A DNA stretch of 64,000 nucleotides from Blastocystis sp. Blastoise. Its lineage: Eukaryota; Protista; Bigyra: Opalinata. Each line of letters starts with the position of its first letter. Position 1 is the stretch's first letter. Positions 1 through 15,962 of the stretch are shown one piece after another. The translations under genes were made by a program, and so were the position numbers. The notes below the pieces were generated by a model. The model saw only the letters and a list, made by a program, of their open reading frames with translations, made no database searches and was not told the DNA's origin. The DNA lies in the NCBI GenBank assembly GCA_039096225.1, contig JBBPEB010000033.1, forward strand, positions 1,178,001-1,242,000. The letters are read 5' to 3'.

Positions 1-1308
1 ATTCTTCAGGTTTCGTAATAGCGAATTGTTCTACTTTATCAAATTGATGTACTCTGAAAATACCCCAAGTATCTTTACCATGAGCACCAGCTTCTTTACG
101 GAAATTGGTAGAGAAACCAGTATATTTAAGAGGTAAATCTTTTTCATCTAACCATTCACCCATGTGATAACCACAAATAGGTTGTTCAGAAGTAGCAATT
201 AAATACTTTTCATCTCCATCTTCACCTTGAACATGATATAATTCTTCATCAAATTGAGCTAACTCGGCAACACCCGCCATAACATCTTTATTCATAAAAT
301 AAGGAGTTTGAAGAGTAGTATAACCTCTCTTAGCATTCCATTGAAGAGCATACATAATAATAGCTTGATTCAATAATACAGCATTACCCTTAAGGAAATA
401 AGCTCTATGACCAGCTACTTTATTACCTCTTTCAGGCTCGTAACCATCAATCATCCATAATAACTATATATAGGGGATTCATTTATATTTATTAGTATAA
501 AAATTATATATATGTTAATAAATAGTTGATGATAATAATGATAATAATAAAATATATAATAATAATAATAATAATAAAATATATAATGATAATAATAAAA
601 TATATAATAATAAGAATAATAATAATAATAATACTATATACTTCATGATGAGAGAACATCTTTCCATCAGTATTTACACGAGGTTCACCCCATTTCCAAG
701 CAACTACATTAAAAGCCTATTTAATAATAAGAATAAGAATATAATAAGAATATAATAAAATATATTATAATAAAATATATTATAATAAAATATATAATAA
801 ACATATAAATACTTCATCTTTATTAACGGGAACTGAAGGATCTAAAATGTTACCGATTTGATTTAAAGTAGAATCTCTTTTCTTTTGGACTTCAGCAGCT
901 TTCTTTTGATTCTCTTCAATCTTATTCGATAACTCTTTAACTTGAGCGGTTAATTCATCAGCATTCTTTCCTTCTTTTCTTCTCTTACCAATCTAAAGAA
1001 TAAAAGATAATGAACTCATTTAACCTAAAAAAATATATACTTCAGTAGAAAGTTTTCTCTTTTCAGCAAGCATATTATCACCATTCTTCATCAATACAAC
1101 TAATTCCTATATATATTAAATAAAAATTATAGAAACAAGAAAGAAAAAAGGGGAAAAAAATCATATATAGATAAACAATAAATACTTGATCTAAAGCAAT
1201 GGTATCATCAACAAGTTGAACATTAGCAAATCTCTTTCTTTGAGATTCTCTTACAAGTTCAGCATTACCACCTTTATAATCACGAAGAAGATTAATATCT
1301 ATCGGCAT
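1..1308 (-). CDS. SARS1: Seryl-tRNA synthetase, cytosolic type; multi-exon, 3' end runs off the window
   Basis: N-terminus MPIDINLLRDYKGGNAELVRESQRKRF. Later exons give IGNILDPSVPVNKDE, MIDGYEPERGNKVAGHRAYFLKG, TPYFMNKDVMAGVAELAQFDEELYHV, YLIATSEQPI and motif 2 FRKEAGAHGKDTWGIFRVHQFDKVEQF. Confidence 0.96.
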
Positions 1309-2086
1309 TCTACTCTACAAGTTGTTTTGCAACAACAAACAATAATTATAATTCTTTTTTAAATTAATTAAATATGTCAAAAAACAAATAATCATTCTTT
1401 AGCCATAACTGAATGAACCGTTTACTGATGAACCAATTATCAAATAGAATGAAAGAAAGAATTTTTTCGATCAATCTTCTTTCGCGGGGATTTCTATTTT
1501 TTCTCTTGAAATAGATAAATATCTGGAATTAAGAGACTATTTAATAAACACCATATTTATTTTGTGTGTCATTCACCTCCAATTCATTTGCTTATTTTAT
1601 TGTGACAAACTCTTGTTCATATACTTTTTTTTAAAGTCATTTTCATTTAGGTAGAGGCACCTATTTTTTAAAAAGAATCCATTTAGATGGCATTCCTATC
1701 ATTGTAGAAAGGATGAACTCCAGAATTTGTCGTTAATGATGATGAGTTCATTTCAGAAAAACAAACAATAATAATGGTGATAAGTGCTTTATATACTTTT
1801 AGAATTGTCGTAAAAGTATGGTGCCAACTGTTGTAAGTAGTTTTCTGAAACATTTAGGAGTAAATAAAATAAATTTAAAAAAAGTAATCATGATAAGAAA
1901 AAAAAATGCTCAAAAGTGATGTCCAGCTATTTGTAGGAGTATATATGTTATATATATAATTAATAGAAAATAAACTCATCAAGGATCCATCACACGTAAC
2001 CTTTTTTGTTTTCTATTTTTGTTTTCTATTAAAAAAGGATCCATAAATGAATAAATATTTTTATACTGGTAAATAAAGTATAATCT

Positions 2087-4411
2087 ATGTCTTCTGAAAG
2101 TGACTATTATAGTATATTACAGATTCCACACGATGCAACCGTTGAGGACATCAAAGTATATTTTATTTTTTTCTTCATGTTGTTATTCTATATGAAGAGG
2201 TCATATGTGAATCTAACAAGTAAGATTGATAAGAAAACAAATGATATAGAAATCCTCAATGAAGTATTTTTTTTAAATTTTATTTTATTCACTAGTATTT
2301 AGTATTATTCAATACAGGAGGCATATGAAGTATTAGTGGATCCTACGAAAAAGGTATTTTTTTTTCCAGTGAATTAGTAATTATTTCAGTTTTATAATGA
2401 TAAGCTTTGATATTTATTTATAAGATGTATTTTTTAGGAACAATATGATTTCTTTCTAAATAGTAACTCAACTCTTTCTGTGAATATGAGTTTTAACAAT
2501 AATTTATCATGGTTTAATATTTATTTGATGCTTATTCAACGTAGCGATAAAGAGCGAATTGCTACTTTTATACTGTTTTTTATATTACTTTGCTATCTCT
2601 GTTTAAATTATTGTATATATTTATATTGAATGTATATATATAAAAGTATATTTATTATTATATATATAAATAGTATTAATAATGCTGAGAATGGATTATG
2701 TTATACAAGTTGAATGGTGGATTATAGTATCTCCTATTTGGGCCACTTTTGTATATATAGAGTAGTTATTTTAATGTATAATAATAATAATTTTATTATA
2801 AATATTTTATATATATTAATTATTTTAATTTATAATAATATTTTTTATGATTAATATATATTATAAATATTTTATATATATTAGTTATTTAATTTATAAT
2901 AATAATTTTTATGATAAATATATATTATAAATATTATATATAGTTAATTATTTCTATTTATATGTAAAATATTTATCATATATATATGTTAAAAACATTA
3001 TATATATATATATTATGTATTGAGTATTTATAGATATTTCTTGTTATGATATTATTTTGCACTTCTTTAATATCATCAGACAATATGATCGAAGAAACAA
3101 ATCAGGCACATATGTATCGAATTTTGAAGATAATGTATAATAATACTATATATATATGTTATTGTTTTTATTAGTATATGAATATATCAATAGTATAACG
3201 AATTCATTCTATAGATATATGAATATCTTTGGCTTTTTAGTGATTATGCAATTCATACTTATTGTTATTCGACTAGATACTTATATTCACGGGGATTATC
3301 TATTTTTATTTTTTCCATCACATTTTTTATATCTATTCCTTGTTACAAAAACAATATTATTGTATATTATTCTATTCTTATTAGGTTATTATACTTAATG
3401 TTTTATATTTTTGTTGTTGCATATATATATCATTATTTTATTTTTATTATGTTTATTCTATATTATTGTTATATGTATATTATATACATCTTCATTCATA
3501 AAACTATCACTCTAGAATCTATTACTGTTATAAGCCTATGTATTCATTAACAAAAATCATTGATATTTCTCTGTTAGAGCTCTGTGTATTGCTCTTGGCA
3601 TTATTATACGATGGTTATTACCCTTATAAATATAATTATCTTCCACTTATTGCATTTCTATGCTATTTATTATGTAAACTTATTCGACAAGTATCAATTT
3701 TTATTTTTATTTTTATTATTATTATTAATATTATTATTATTAATATTATTATTATTATATATAGATTCACCAATTAATATCATTCAATAAAAAAAAGGCA
3801 AAGAATCCTTTACTTGTTCATGTATATATTTATAACTATAAATATTTAAATTAAGTTATTCTTCCATATCATGAATTTCTTCTATAGTTAGAAGATTTTA
3901 TTTATTCAGCAAAAGCTGTTATGACCATTTTTATTGATATTGGACTTGCGATAGCTTCTATCATCATTTGGCTAACTTCCACTTATTCTTTCTCTACTCG
4001 ATATACTTATTCCGTTATACCTATTATTATATCTGTATGTATAGAAATTTTTCATGATTATCATAATCTATCATTTATCTTTCATGATTATCATAGTCTA
4101 TCATTTATCTTTCATAATTATCATAGTCTATCATTTATCTTTCATGATTATCATAATCTATCATTTATCTTTCATTATCACCTTTATATACAACTGATCT
4201 ACTCTCTATATATTAATAATACACATTTATCTAGTCGTTAGCTATAATTATCACACTCATTTGTGCGTTGGTTTCTTCTAAACAGAAACATCAACAATTC
4301 ATCAACGACAGTCCATATCTAAGAGTATTTAATACGTATCACAATAATCACTCCTCAAAACACGAAAAAAATACAACAACTTCAATGCAATCTCCAACGA
4401 CAACAATATGA
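2087..4411 (+). CDS. J-like (DnaJ) domain fused to a multi-pass membrane region (TMEM185/Fragile-X-F-like); multi-exon
   Basis: Spliced N-terminus DYYSILQIPHDATVEDIK|RSYVNL...|YYSIQEAYEVLVDPTKK|EQYD has J-domain helices but no HPD. Hydrophobic segments follow (LRMDYVIQVEWWIIVSPIWATF, LIVIRLDTYIHGDYLFLFFP). Last exon ends MQSPTTTI-TGA at 4409-4411. Confidence 0.7.
4051..4180. repeat. 30-bp intronic minisatellite, about 4.3 copies (TTCATGATTATCATARTCTATCATTTATCT)
   Basis: Units start at 4051, 4081, 4111, 4141 and 4171 (partial), inside intron 4035-4233. It explains the repeated FHDYHNLSFI peptide in the ORF track. Confidence 0.92.
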
Positions 4412-5085
4412 TTAAAATCTCTTCTATTCCTAAAGTTCTGTATATAATCTCCATTCCTGAATTGTTTCTAATCTTCTTCAAAGATATTTTCTCTTTTTTT
4501 TTCTCCATTTCATGATTCCTCCTTTTCTTTTCTTTTCATTTCTGTGCATTAACGTTTTTATTCTTCTTTATCGCATTGAATTCCATCATTCAATTCGTAT
4601 TTGAAAAACAAAAAATGGACTTAAAAGAAAAAGATCTCAAAGAATAATTCATTGAATAAACCACAATAATTTCATTTATTTAATGAGAAATATGGAAATC
4701 AAATAAATCAGTAAAAAATGATCCTATTCACAAAAAAAAAACTCGTAAAACACAAGGAGAATGAATGATAGCAAAATAAATAAAAAAATCTTGGATTCCA
4801 TGACTCGTATCATTCTCATTCTTACCTTCATTTGTGAATTCTCCATGAATCCAAGATTATTGTCGCAATAGTCGCTATTGAGCAGGGGTCACCACGTAGT
4901 TACTCGTTAAGCGAAAGGACCAAAATTTTTGCGCTTAAATAACAAAGTTACTTTTTTATTACCGTGATTTTCATAGTTATTTTAAGTGATGAAAACACGG
5001 GAAAAACAAAAATATAAGGGAAAATGTTTTGCTAAACCAAAAAGAACATTCTATATTAGATAAACTTTTTTTATTGTTTAAATAC

Positions 5086-7820
5086 ATGGAACAGTACTTT
5101 AAAAAATTACAAGTATATTAATAGTAATATATATATATATATATAGATTGACAAGTCTACAACAGACGAAAAAAAAAAAGATGATGACATAATTACAGAA
5201 GAAACGAATAATAAACCAGATATTAATCCTAAATCCAAATATTATAGTGAAGTAAAAGAAGGAGTTAAAAGATATAATGCCAATCCAGTTGTTTATGGAT
5301 TTAAAAAATTAACAAAAAACTCCTATTTTTGTTTAATCTGTGAGTCTACTCTCACGTGTAAAGGTTATGAAGCCTCAAAACTCTTCACTCATTTCAAGAA
5401 TAAACATGGGTTAAGCAAATACACATATGATGACATTCAAGAACTCTTAAAAGATCATAATGAAAACACAGAATACTCAAATTCTCTCTTTAGCTTTTCA
5501 GATTTATCCAGTAAGCTTTCATATTTCATCGCCTACTCCATTTCAAAGAATGGATACAGCTACAGAACTGGAGAAAAATTAGTTAAACCTATTATTGAAG
5601 AATATGAAAGGTTAAAGAATGTCAAAGTCCTTTCTAATCTTCCGTTATCCTCAAGCAGTATCAAAAGAAAAAGTGATGAAATTGCTTTGACAATTCAACA
5701 AGAAGTAATAAATAGGATAAGACAATCAGGATCATTTTCTATTCAGCTTGACGAGTCAACTGACATAGAAATGAAATCCTATTTACTCGTTTATGCTAGA
5801 TACGAATATAATAAAAAGTTTACTGAATCATTTTTAAGTATTTTTCAGATTAGTTCCAAAACAGGTGATAATATATTTAACATGGTAGATAATTTCTTTA
5901 ATAATAATAACCTTCTGTGGAATAATTGCGTATCAGCTACTTTTGACGGTGCTTCGAATATGAATGGAGACAAAAACTCCTTCAAAACACGAGTACTAGA
6001 GAAGAATAAGAATTGTATGTTCATCCACTGTTTTCTTCATAGAGAAGAACTCTGTGTAAACTGTTTACCAAAATACTTCACTAATATATTCAAAAGTGCT
6101 GTTGAGATAATTTCATATATAAAGAAGTCTGCTGTTAGACAAGACGAATCCAATAATTACAATATTGATAATGAATATTCATTAACCTCTTCTATCTTCT
6201 CTCCTCAAGATAACATACCTGATTCCCCTAATAATATATCTTCTTTAGAGATAGAATATAATAAAGTAGTTGAATCCCTTTTAGATACATCTGATACAGA
6301 TAATAATATAGATAATAATATTCATGAAGTTTATAGTAATGATAAGAAGGAAGAAAAAAAGGAAAAAAATATTAGAAGTTATAAACTTCTCCTTTATTGC
6401 CCTACAAGATGGCTTTCATGCCATTCATCAATTAAAAGATTTAATTTACTTAGAAATGGAATAACACTAGTAATAAAAAAGGATAAAGAAAAGAAGGACT
6501 TATATAACACCATTATTGATACTAACTTCATAGCTTCAATGTTATACCTTGAGGATGTTACCAGTTTATTCTATGATTGTAATAAATCAATGCAAGGACA
6601 GCATAGATATATATTTGGGTTAATAGACATTATGAAGGATTTATTTATAAAATTATCGTTGAGATTAGAAAGACTAATAAATAATAACGATTATTCATCA
6701 TTTACGAAACTTAAGGATTATGTATCTACAACCAAGCTTGATATTAATTCAATCATATTTTATATCAAAAATCATCTAATAACTCTTCGACGTAATTTAC
6801 TGAATTATTTCCCAGAAATACTAAATTATATTGGTAGTGATGAATCGTATCTTCAAGACCTTAATGAATATTTAATAGACCAAGAAAATACACATAATAC
6901 ATCAAATATATCTCATGAAGTGAATAGTAATGTTAATAACAATACATCAGTAGTATCAAACCAATTTAATATTCTTGGATCATTACAAGGTTGCGTATCT
7001 CCAAATGGAGTTGTAAATGGCTTAATAACCTATGTTGACATAGTTACTCAGCAATTAATAGAAACTCAAGTAACGATTAGAATTGACTTTCCATATTTAG
7101 TATATGGATACACTTTAGGTAGTATTTCTGGTGTTCTTAATAATTTCCCTAATAGTAGTATTCAAGGACAATACAATGGAATCATTAGTAATATAAATAT
7201 AATTCAGGCTAATATCAATTGTATAATAACTCTTGGGGCAATCATTCCAAATGAAATAAGTAATAATACAAATCAAGGAGAAGTACAAAAGAATAAAAAG
7301 CAGAAGAAAACGAATAGTAACATAAAAAAACCAAAAAATACACCAACAACTAATCTTATTGATCATTCTTTATATTGGATTACTAATCCATTTTCAAAAG
7401 TAGCTGACGAAAATAAAATGGAGTTTCATGTTAAAGAAGAGTATTTCTGTTTACTTGCTGATAAAACATGTAGAGAAGAATTTAATAACGTACCAATAGA
7501 TGAGTTCTATATAAGCCATAAGAGTCGTTTTCCATTATTATATGATATAGCCAAGAAATGTTTTCTTCCCTTTGCAACTTCATATCTCTGTGAGAGCGGT
7601 TTCAGTCATCTCGTGTATATAAAAAACAAATACAGAAACACTATTAATCCAACAACCCAAATGACAATTGGATTAACTTCTGATATCATTGATTCTTCAT
7701 CACTTATAACTACTGTTTTAGAGCGTATGTATATTATAAGTATTATATTCATAATTCACATAATATAGAATCTATTCTTAATTATATATAGATAAATTAA
7801 AGAAAAAGAAACTCGATTGA
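5086..7820 (+). CDS. hAT transposase (BED finger, DDE core, C-terminal dimerisation domain), Buster/ZBED5-like; apparently intact
   Basis: ATG at 5086 (MEQYFKKLQ), intron 5113-5146, then an open frame continuous with ORF 5687-7768. Motifs: BED finger CLIC...HFKNKH, FSIQLDESTD, TFDGA, HCFLHREEL, PTRW, LPFATSYLCESGFS. A probable last intron 7725-7791 gives ...HKLKKKKLD-TGA at 7820. Confidence 0.93.
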
Positions 7821-8249
7821 TAACATCTAGCAACAAAATCACTAATCTAATCCAACTACTTAATTACTGTATTTATACTACAAAGTACATTGATTTCTTT
7901 TACTATTAATATTTATATATTTATATTGTTTTCATTATATTAACTATTTGTATTCCATAATGTTTTATTGTTACATTATAATTTGTATTGTTTTAATTAA
8001 CTCAAGAAGATATACTGTTATCTTTTAAATATAATTATAAATAGATGACATTGAATATTCCTTTATATATTTGATTATATCAATAGTATATAGTTTCTTA
8101 ATTAGAATCACTATTCCTTAATAATTTTTATCTATATTTCAATTATTTTTCTAATTATATTCTTTTTCAAGTACTATTATATTCAGATCAAACGAATAAC
8201 TGAGAAATATTATTACTTATATGAAAAATAAATATTATTTTAGAAGTAA

Positions 8250-11200
8250 TTATTTCATATATACTAATCTCTCTAGTATAATACTTTAAAACAATATCCA
8301 ATACTAATAAGAATCTTTATTCAATCAAAAGTATAATATACAACTATAAAGTATACTCTTCTTAAATCAAATAGTATATCTAATCAAGAAGATTAAATAT
8401 ATAAATAAATAGCAAAATATATTTTCAATCATAATGTATCAATAGAAAGAACCAAATAACTACTAAAATCATTTACCTGACTTATCAATCAAATATCACA
8501 AAGAGAGTGATAACAATTGGTTCCTAAAGAATATACTATTTTCCAAAACATATATATAAAGTGGAATCTTAAATCGTTTACACCAACAATTTTATATTTA
8601 TACATGAATTCAAAAGGAAAGAGCAAGATGTGTTATATCTATATTAAGTATCATATGAGGGATTATATATATCCGAAAGAGTATTAGAATATATGATATA
8701 ATAGAAAGTAATGTGGATTTTATATTATAATAGCATGAAATAAGTATTAGATTAAGATTCATGATATTATATAAAGGTTAGCATTTGAAAGATTATCAGA
8801 AGAAAAATTATTGGAAAGATTGACATAGACTTAATGAGAATATATTTATATATGTAGATCATAAAGAAGATAACTAAAAACTTGTAAATAAAATTTGAAG
8901 TTAAGAAGAAGGAAGAATGCATATATCAACTGAATTTATAATCGGCAGTGATAAATGAGTAGAAGAGACGATAATAATTATTTTTAGTATATTTTTAAAG
9001 ACAATAACATGAAGAGAGAACAATATTCGTATAAAAATATATATAAATCTATAAATAGAAATACAATAAATAAACCATAAGAAGTAATAAGAAGTTGATT
9101 TCTATATTATATCATCATGAGTAAAAGAACAAACGGAGTAAATTGTATATAATAGTTAGACATTGTATAAATAATATGAAGTAACGGCTGATAACGGAAA
9201 AAGCAGGTGTAAATATATATAAGCATATTAATTATGTACATATGCACTTAAGAAGATATAATATCTAAAGTAATAGAAATGAAAATAAATTTAGAAAATA
9301 AACAATTCGAGAACTACCTCAACCGTATTCAACAAAATAGAAGAAATACAAATAGTATTATAGTATTCATATCAGCATGAATGTAAGATGTATATAGATA
9401 ATAAGTTAAAGGGAGTTGAAATGGTTTAAAGTAAATAGAGATAGTATTTTATTAAATAACAGTACGAAAGAAATATGGAGACATAGATCCTATTATATAA
9501 TTATATCATTTTTGGAAAATGAGAGTAATTAGAAATGAGAAAGAATAGAAGGAATAGAAGGTGTAGATACTAGGCTTTTATAAAAAATTAAATAAGAAGA
9601 AGAGAATGTACACAATAATAATAAATAAGAGTAGCCATATAAATATGTTTAAGTAACAAAAAGAGCAAAACCTTAGAATGAAGAGAAATAATAAAAATAT
9701 CTTTTGTGGTATATAGATAATAGTAATACAACAATGAGAACAAATCCTAACTTTGATTACTAAAATCCATGATGAGTAGTGCCAAGAGAGAAATTGTTGG
9801 AAAGAAAAAGAAAGGAAACGAACGAGAAGAATTATAAAAAACGATAGTAAGAAATAGGACTAATAAAAATATTCAAACCCATATTATTTAGACAAGAAAT
9901 GGAAAATGCTTCTGAAATAATAACTGTGTAAATAGGAAATACAATAAACATGAGCATTAAAGAATATGAAGAGAGATAATGATGAAGCAGTATTAAAATG
10001 AATAAGTCTAATAATGAGCACACAATATACACAATAGAAGCACTAGAAATAAAAGAAAAGTGGATAAAGAAATAGAGATAATGAGGAAGTATAGGATTAA
10101 AAATAGGCACAAAAATAAGTAGACCATGGGATAATATATAGAACATGAGAAAACGAAGAAAACCATAAATGAAGGATATGAATATGTATATGAAGAGTAT
10201 ATTTGAATGAAATATGAAAATAAATTAATTGAGTATGTTTTCAATTATAGAAACAAATATAAAAATAAATCTGTTAGAATAATAAAACTAAGATATATAA
10301 TAATATATAATAGTGAGGAATTTGTAATTATTAAAGGAAAAGAAAATCGTCATTAAATCTCATAGTATGTTTAATAGAGAAATATGAAACGACCATTAGA
10401 ATAACATAAGAACATAAAGAATTCTATCATAGGAGAAAAAGGAATATCAACTAAGGATAATATAAAAGTAATATAAAAATAGCACATCTAGAAACTCTTT
10501 AATAAAGGGAAAAGAACATGCAGGTGAAGTATTACGAATGATCACATAATAATTGAAAAGCACCAGAAGAAATGAAGAGTCTAATAAATATAAAGATACC
10601 ATACGAAGAAGATAGGAAGAGACTGAAAAACCAGAAAACTAATACAATTAATGTAATGCTATAATACCTTAAAAGAACAAAAGATGAAATAAGATAAGGA
10701 AATAAGATAAGGTTTATAACTAAAAATTCAATATATAATAGTAGACTAACGATAACATGAAGAGAAGTTGAAGAATAATTAACCAAGATGAAAATATATA
10801 CAAAGAATAAAAAGAAATTCAAAAATTTTATACAGAAAACTACAACAAAGAAATATCATATAGATACTTTCCTGTATAATAGCATATTAAAGAATTACAC
10901 AATAAGATACTAAAACATTCAAAAACTTATAATAGTAAACTTGATAGAATAAGAGTACATGATAATATTGTAATATAGACAAAAGGATTTAAGGATGAAA
11001 AGAAATAAACATCAATTGTTACTAATCTGCTACTATCTTCAGTAGAAACTTATGTATGTTAGTAACCATAGTAAGTATTAATCGCAGAGATGAAGTGTTT
11101 AAGTATTTATTAAATACTAGAATAAGAATAAGAAAATTCATAATAAGTAAATCTATAAGAAAATGTCATCGTTATATATAAATACCATTATAATACAGTA

Positions 11201-11760
11201 TGAAAAAAGGAAGTATCAGAAAAATAAAAAACAAAAACAAAATAATTAGCACTTATAAAGTAGAACAAGCAATCAAAAGCACATTAGTCGAATAAAATCA
11301 AACATACAAACAACATAAATAAAGATCTCATTAATCGCAAAGTTACAAAAAGAAAAATGAGTATACTAATTCAAGAAGAGAAGTAAGGAAGTTTGGTGAG
11401 TAACCAAATCAGATGTAAATAATAAATGGAAGGCAACAAACTGTAAATATTCATAAAATTATACATTGCAAGTAATCATTCCAAGAATAAGTAACTGATA
11501 AGTATCCATCACGTAGCACATTGTAAGATATGTGTATTGAACACTGATCATAACGAGCAAGTACGTAACAAAGCAATCAACAAACAATGGGAAATCATCA
11601 TGTAGTAGATATTGACTAGTATTTAAGAGGAGTTCACAATGCAACAAAAACCAATATGAATCTTAATGATAAACCATTATTAGTTCAGAAAGCAGATAGA
11701 AAGCAAGTTTGAAAAAATATTATAGGCAATAATCTTATTCTGATTTGAATCTTTAACAAA
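8250..11760 (+). mobile_element. Possible heavily decayed non-LTR (LINE-like) retroelement nested in the hAT
   Basis: About 3.5 kb of purine-skewed, non-microsatellite sequence with no ORF. Remnants occur in LINE order: frameshifted RP(I)RIT..RILS near 10390-10430 (RT 'RPI' motif) and CKICVLNTDHNEQVRNK at 11522-11572 (degenerate CCHC knuckle). Boundaries are approximate. Confidence 0.3.
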
Positions 11761-12304
11761 AGAATGAAATTATCATTGAAATTTTTAAAGAATGACTGAA
11801 GTTTTAAAAATAATCAAATAGTCAGTCCTTTCCTGACTTTGGTGACACTTGCCACCAAATTTTGTGACACTTTTTCAGCCATGCTTAATTCTGCTGAATT
11901 TATCAAACACATAAGGAAGTTTTTTGTAACAAAATATGATACTCATGAGTTTTGTCATCAGACTGAATGAAAGGCTTTTCACCTTATTTGTATACATGGC
12001 CATAAATCATAATATTTTTGACAAAGTTAACCTAAATATAAAAAATGTCTTTATAAATGAGCAAATAAAGCTATCATTTATTTGATATAAGCCATCAAAC
12101 ATATTCAAACTAAACGAAGCAATGAAATAATTACTTTAAGCATTAATATACAAAAGACAGAAGAAAAGAAACTATTCAACTTTTTAATCACATTTAGGTA
12201 CTTCTTGATACCTATATTCAACCCAGTTTCATTTAATATGTATATATATATATGAAAGAATAATAAAATAACAATAAAAAATATATACATATATATATAT
12301 ATAT

Positions 12305-14919
<2,615 letters not shown>

Positions 14920-14923
14920 TATA

Positions 14924-15215
<292 letters not shown>

Positions 15216-15221
15216 ATATAC

Positions 15222-15916
15222 AATAAGTTGTGCCGTTTCATCATCTGGACTCTTCTTTAGTTTCTCCATAAATTCATATTCGGCCTTAATAGTCATGGTA
15301 TATGTACAATCATGGTCATCCGTTTTATATTGGAAATGATGATGTATGGGTCGAATGACGCTCTGTATGTCGATACGAAGAATGTTCGAAGAGAGTAACG
15401 TTTTGTGCTATAGAGAAATATAATTATATATGTATTAATATTATGTTTTTAATGATATATAGAGAGTAATAGAAAAAAACAAAAACAATAATAATACTAT
15501 TATTATTATATATATATACATAATTAGAGTCTTTACTCGCTAATCCAACTCTATCTAAGAATACTTGTAAAGTCTTTGTATATAGGGCGGGGATGAAGGG
15601 AGAGCGAGTAACGAAGTGGAACAACAGGAGAATCTGTAAAGGGGAGGAAAATTATATATATATATATATATAAAACTAAAAGAATAAGAGAGAATGACAT
15701 CATAATTCAAACTAATTTATATATATATATACCTTAAACAGTGTCTTCTACAAGATATAAAGAAGGATAAATAGAGGGATCATCGAAGAATGTTGTAAGA
15801 CAAAGAGAATGTCCCGCGGGGAATTAAGAGATAGGAAAGTAGTCATCACTATGGAGAGCAGTTCATTAAGGGATTCCGCGGGAAGAAGAAGGAGGGAAGA
15901 TGATGGAATATCTACA

Positions 15917-15962
<46 letters not shown>

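Noticed and set aside
1735-1850. Possible C/D-box snoRNA (ATGATGA...CTGA) between SerRS and the J-protein
   Set aside because: No terminal stem or recognisable rRNA guide; such boxes arise easily in AT-rich DNA.
4051-4180. 30-bp tandem repeat as a CRISPR-like array or coding repeat
   Set aside because: There are no spacers, and it lies inside a spliceosomal intron.
5086-7820. Domesticated ZBED-like host gene rather than a transposon
   Set aside because: The TSD, terminal CAGGG motifs and subterminal inverted repeats are still present and the catalytic residues are intact.
9832-10822. Hydrophobic minus-strand ORFs inside the transposon
   Set aside because: They are antisense read-throughs of A-rich DNA (T-rich codons) with no motifs or splice structure.
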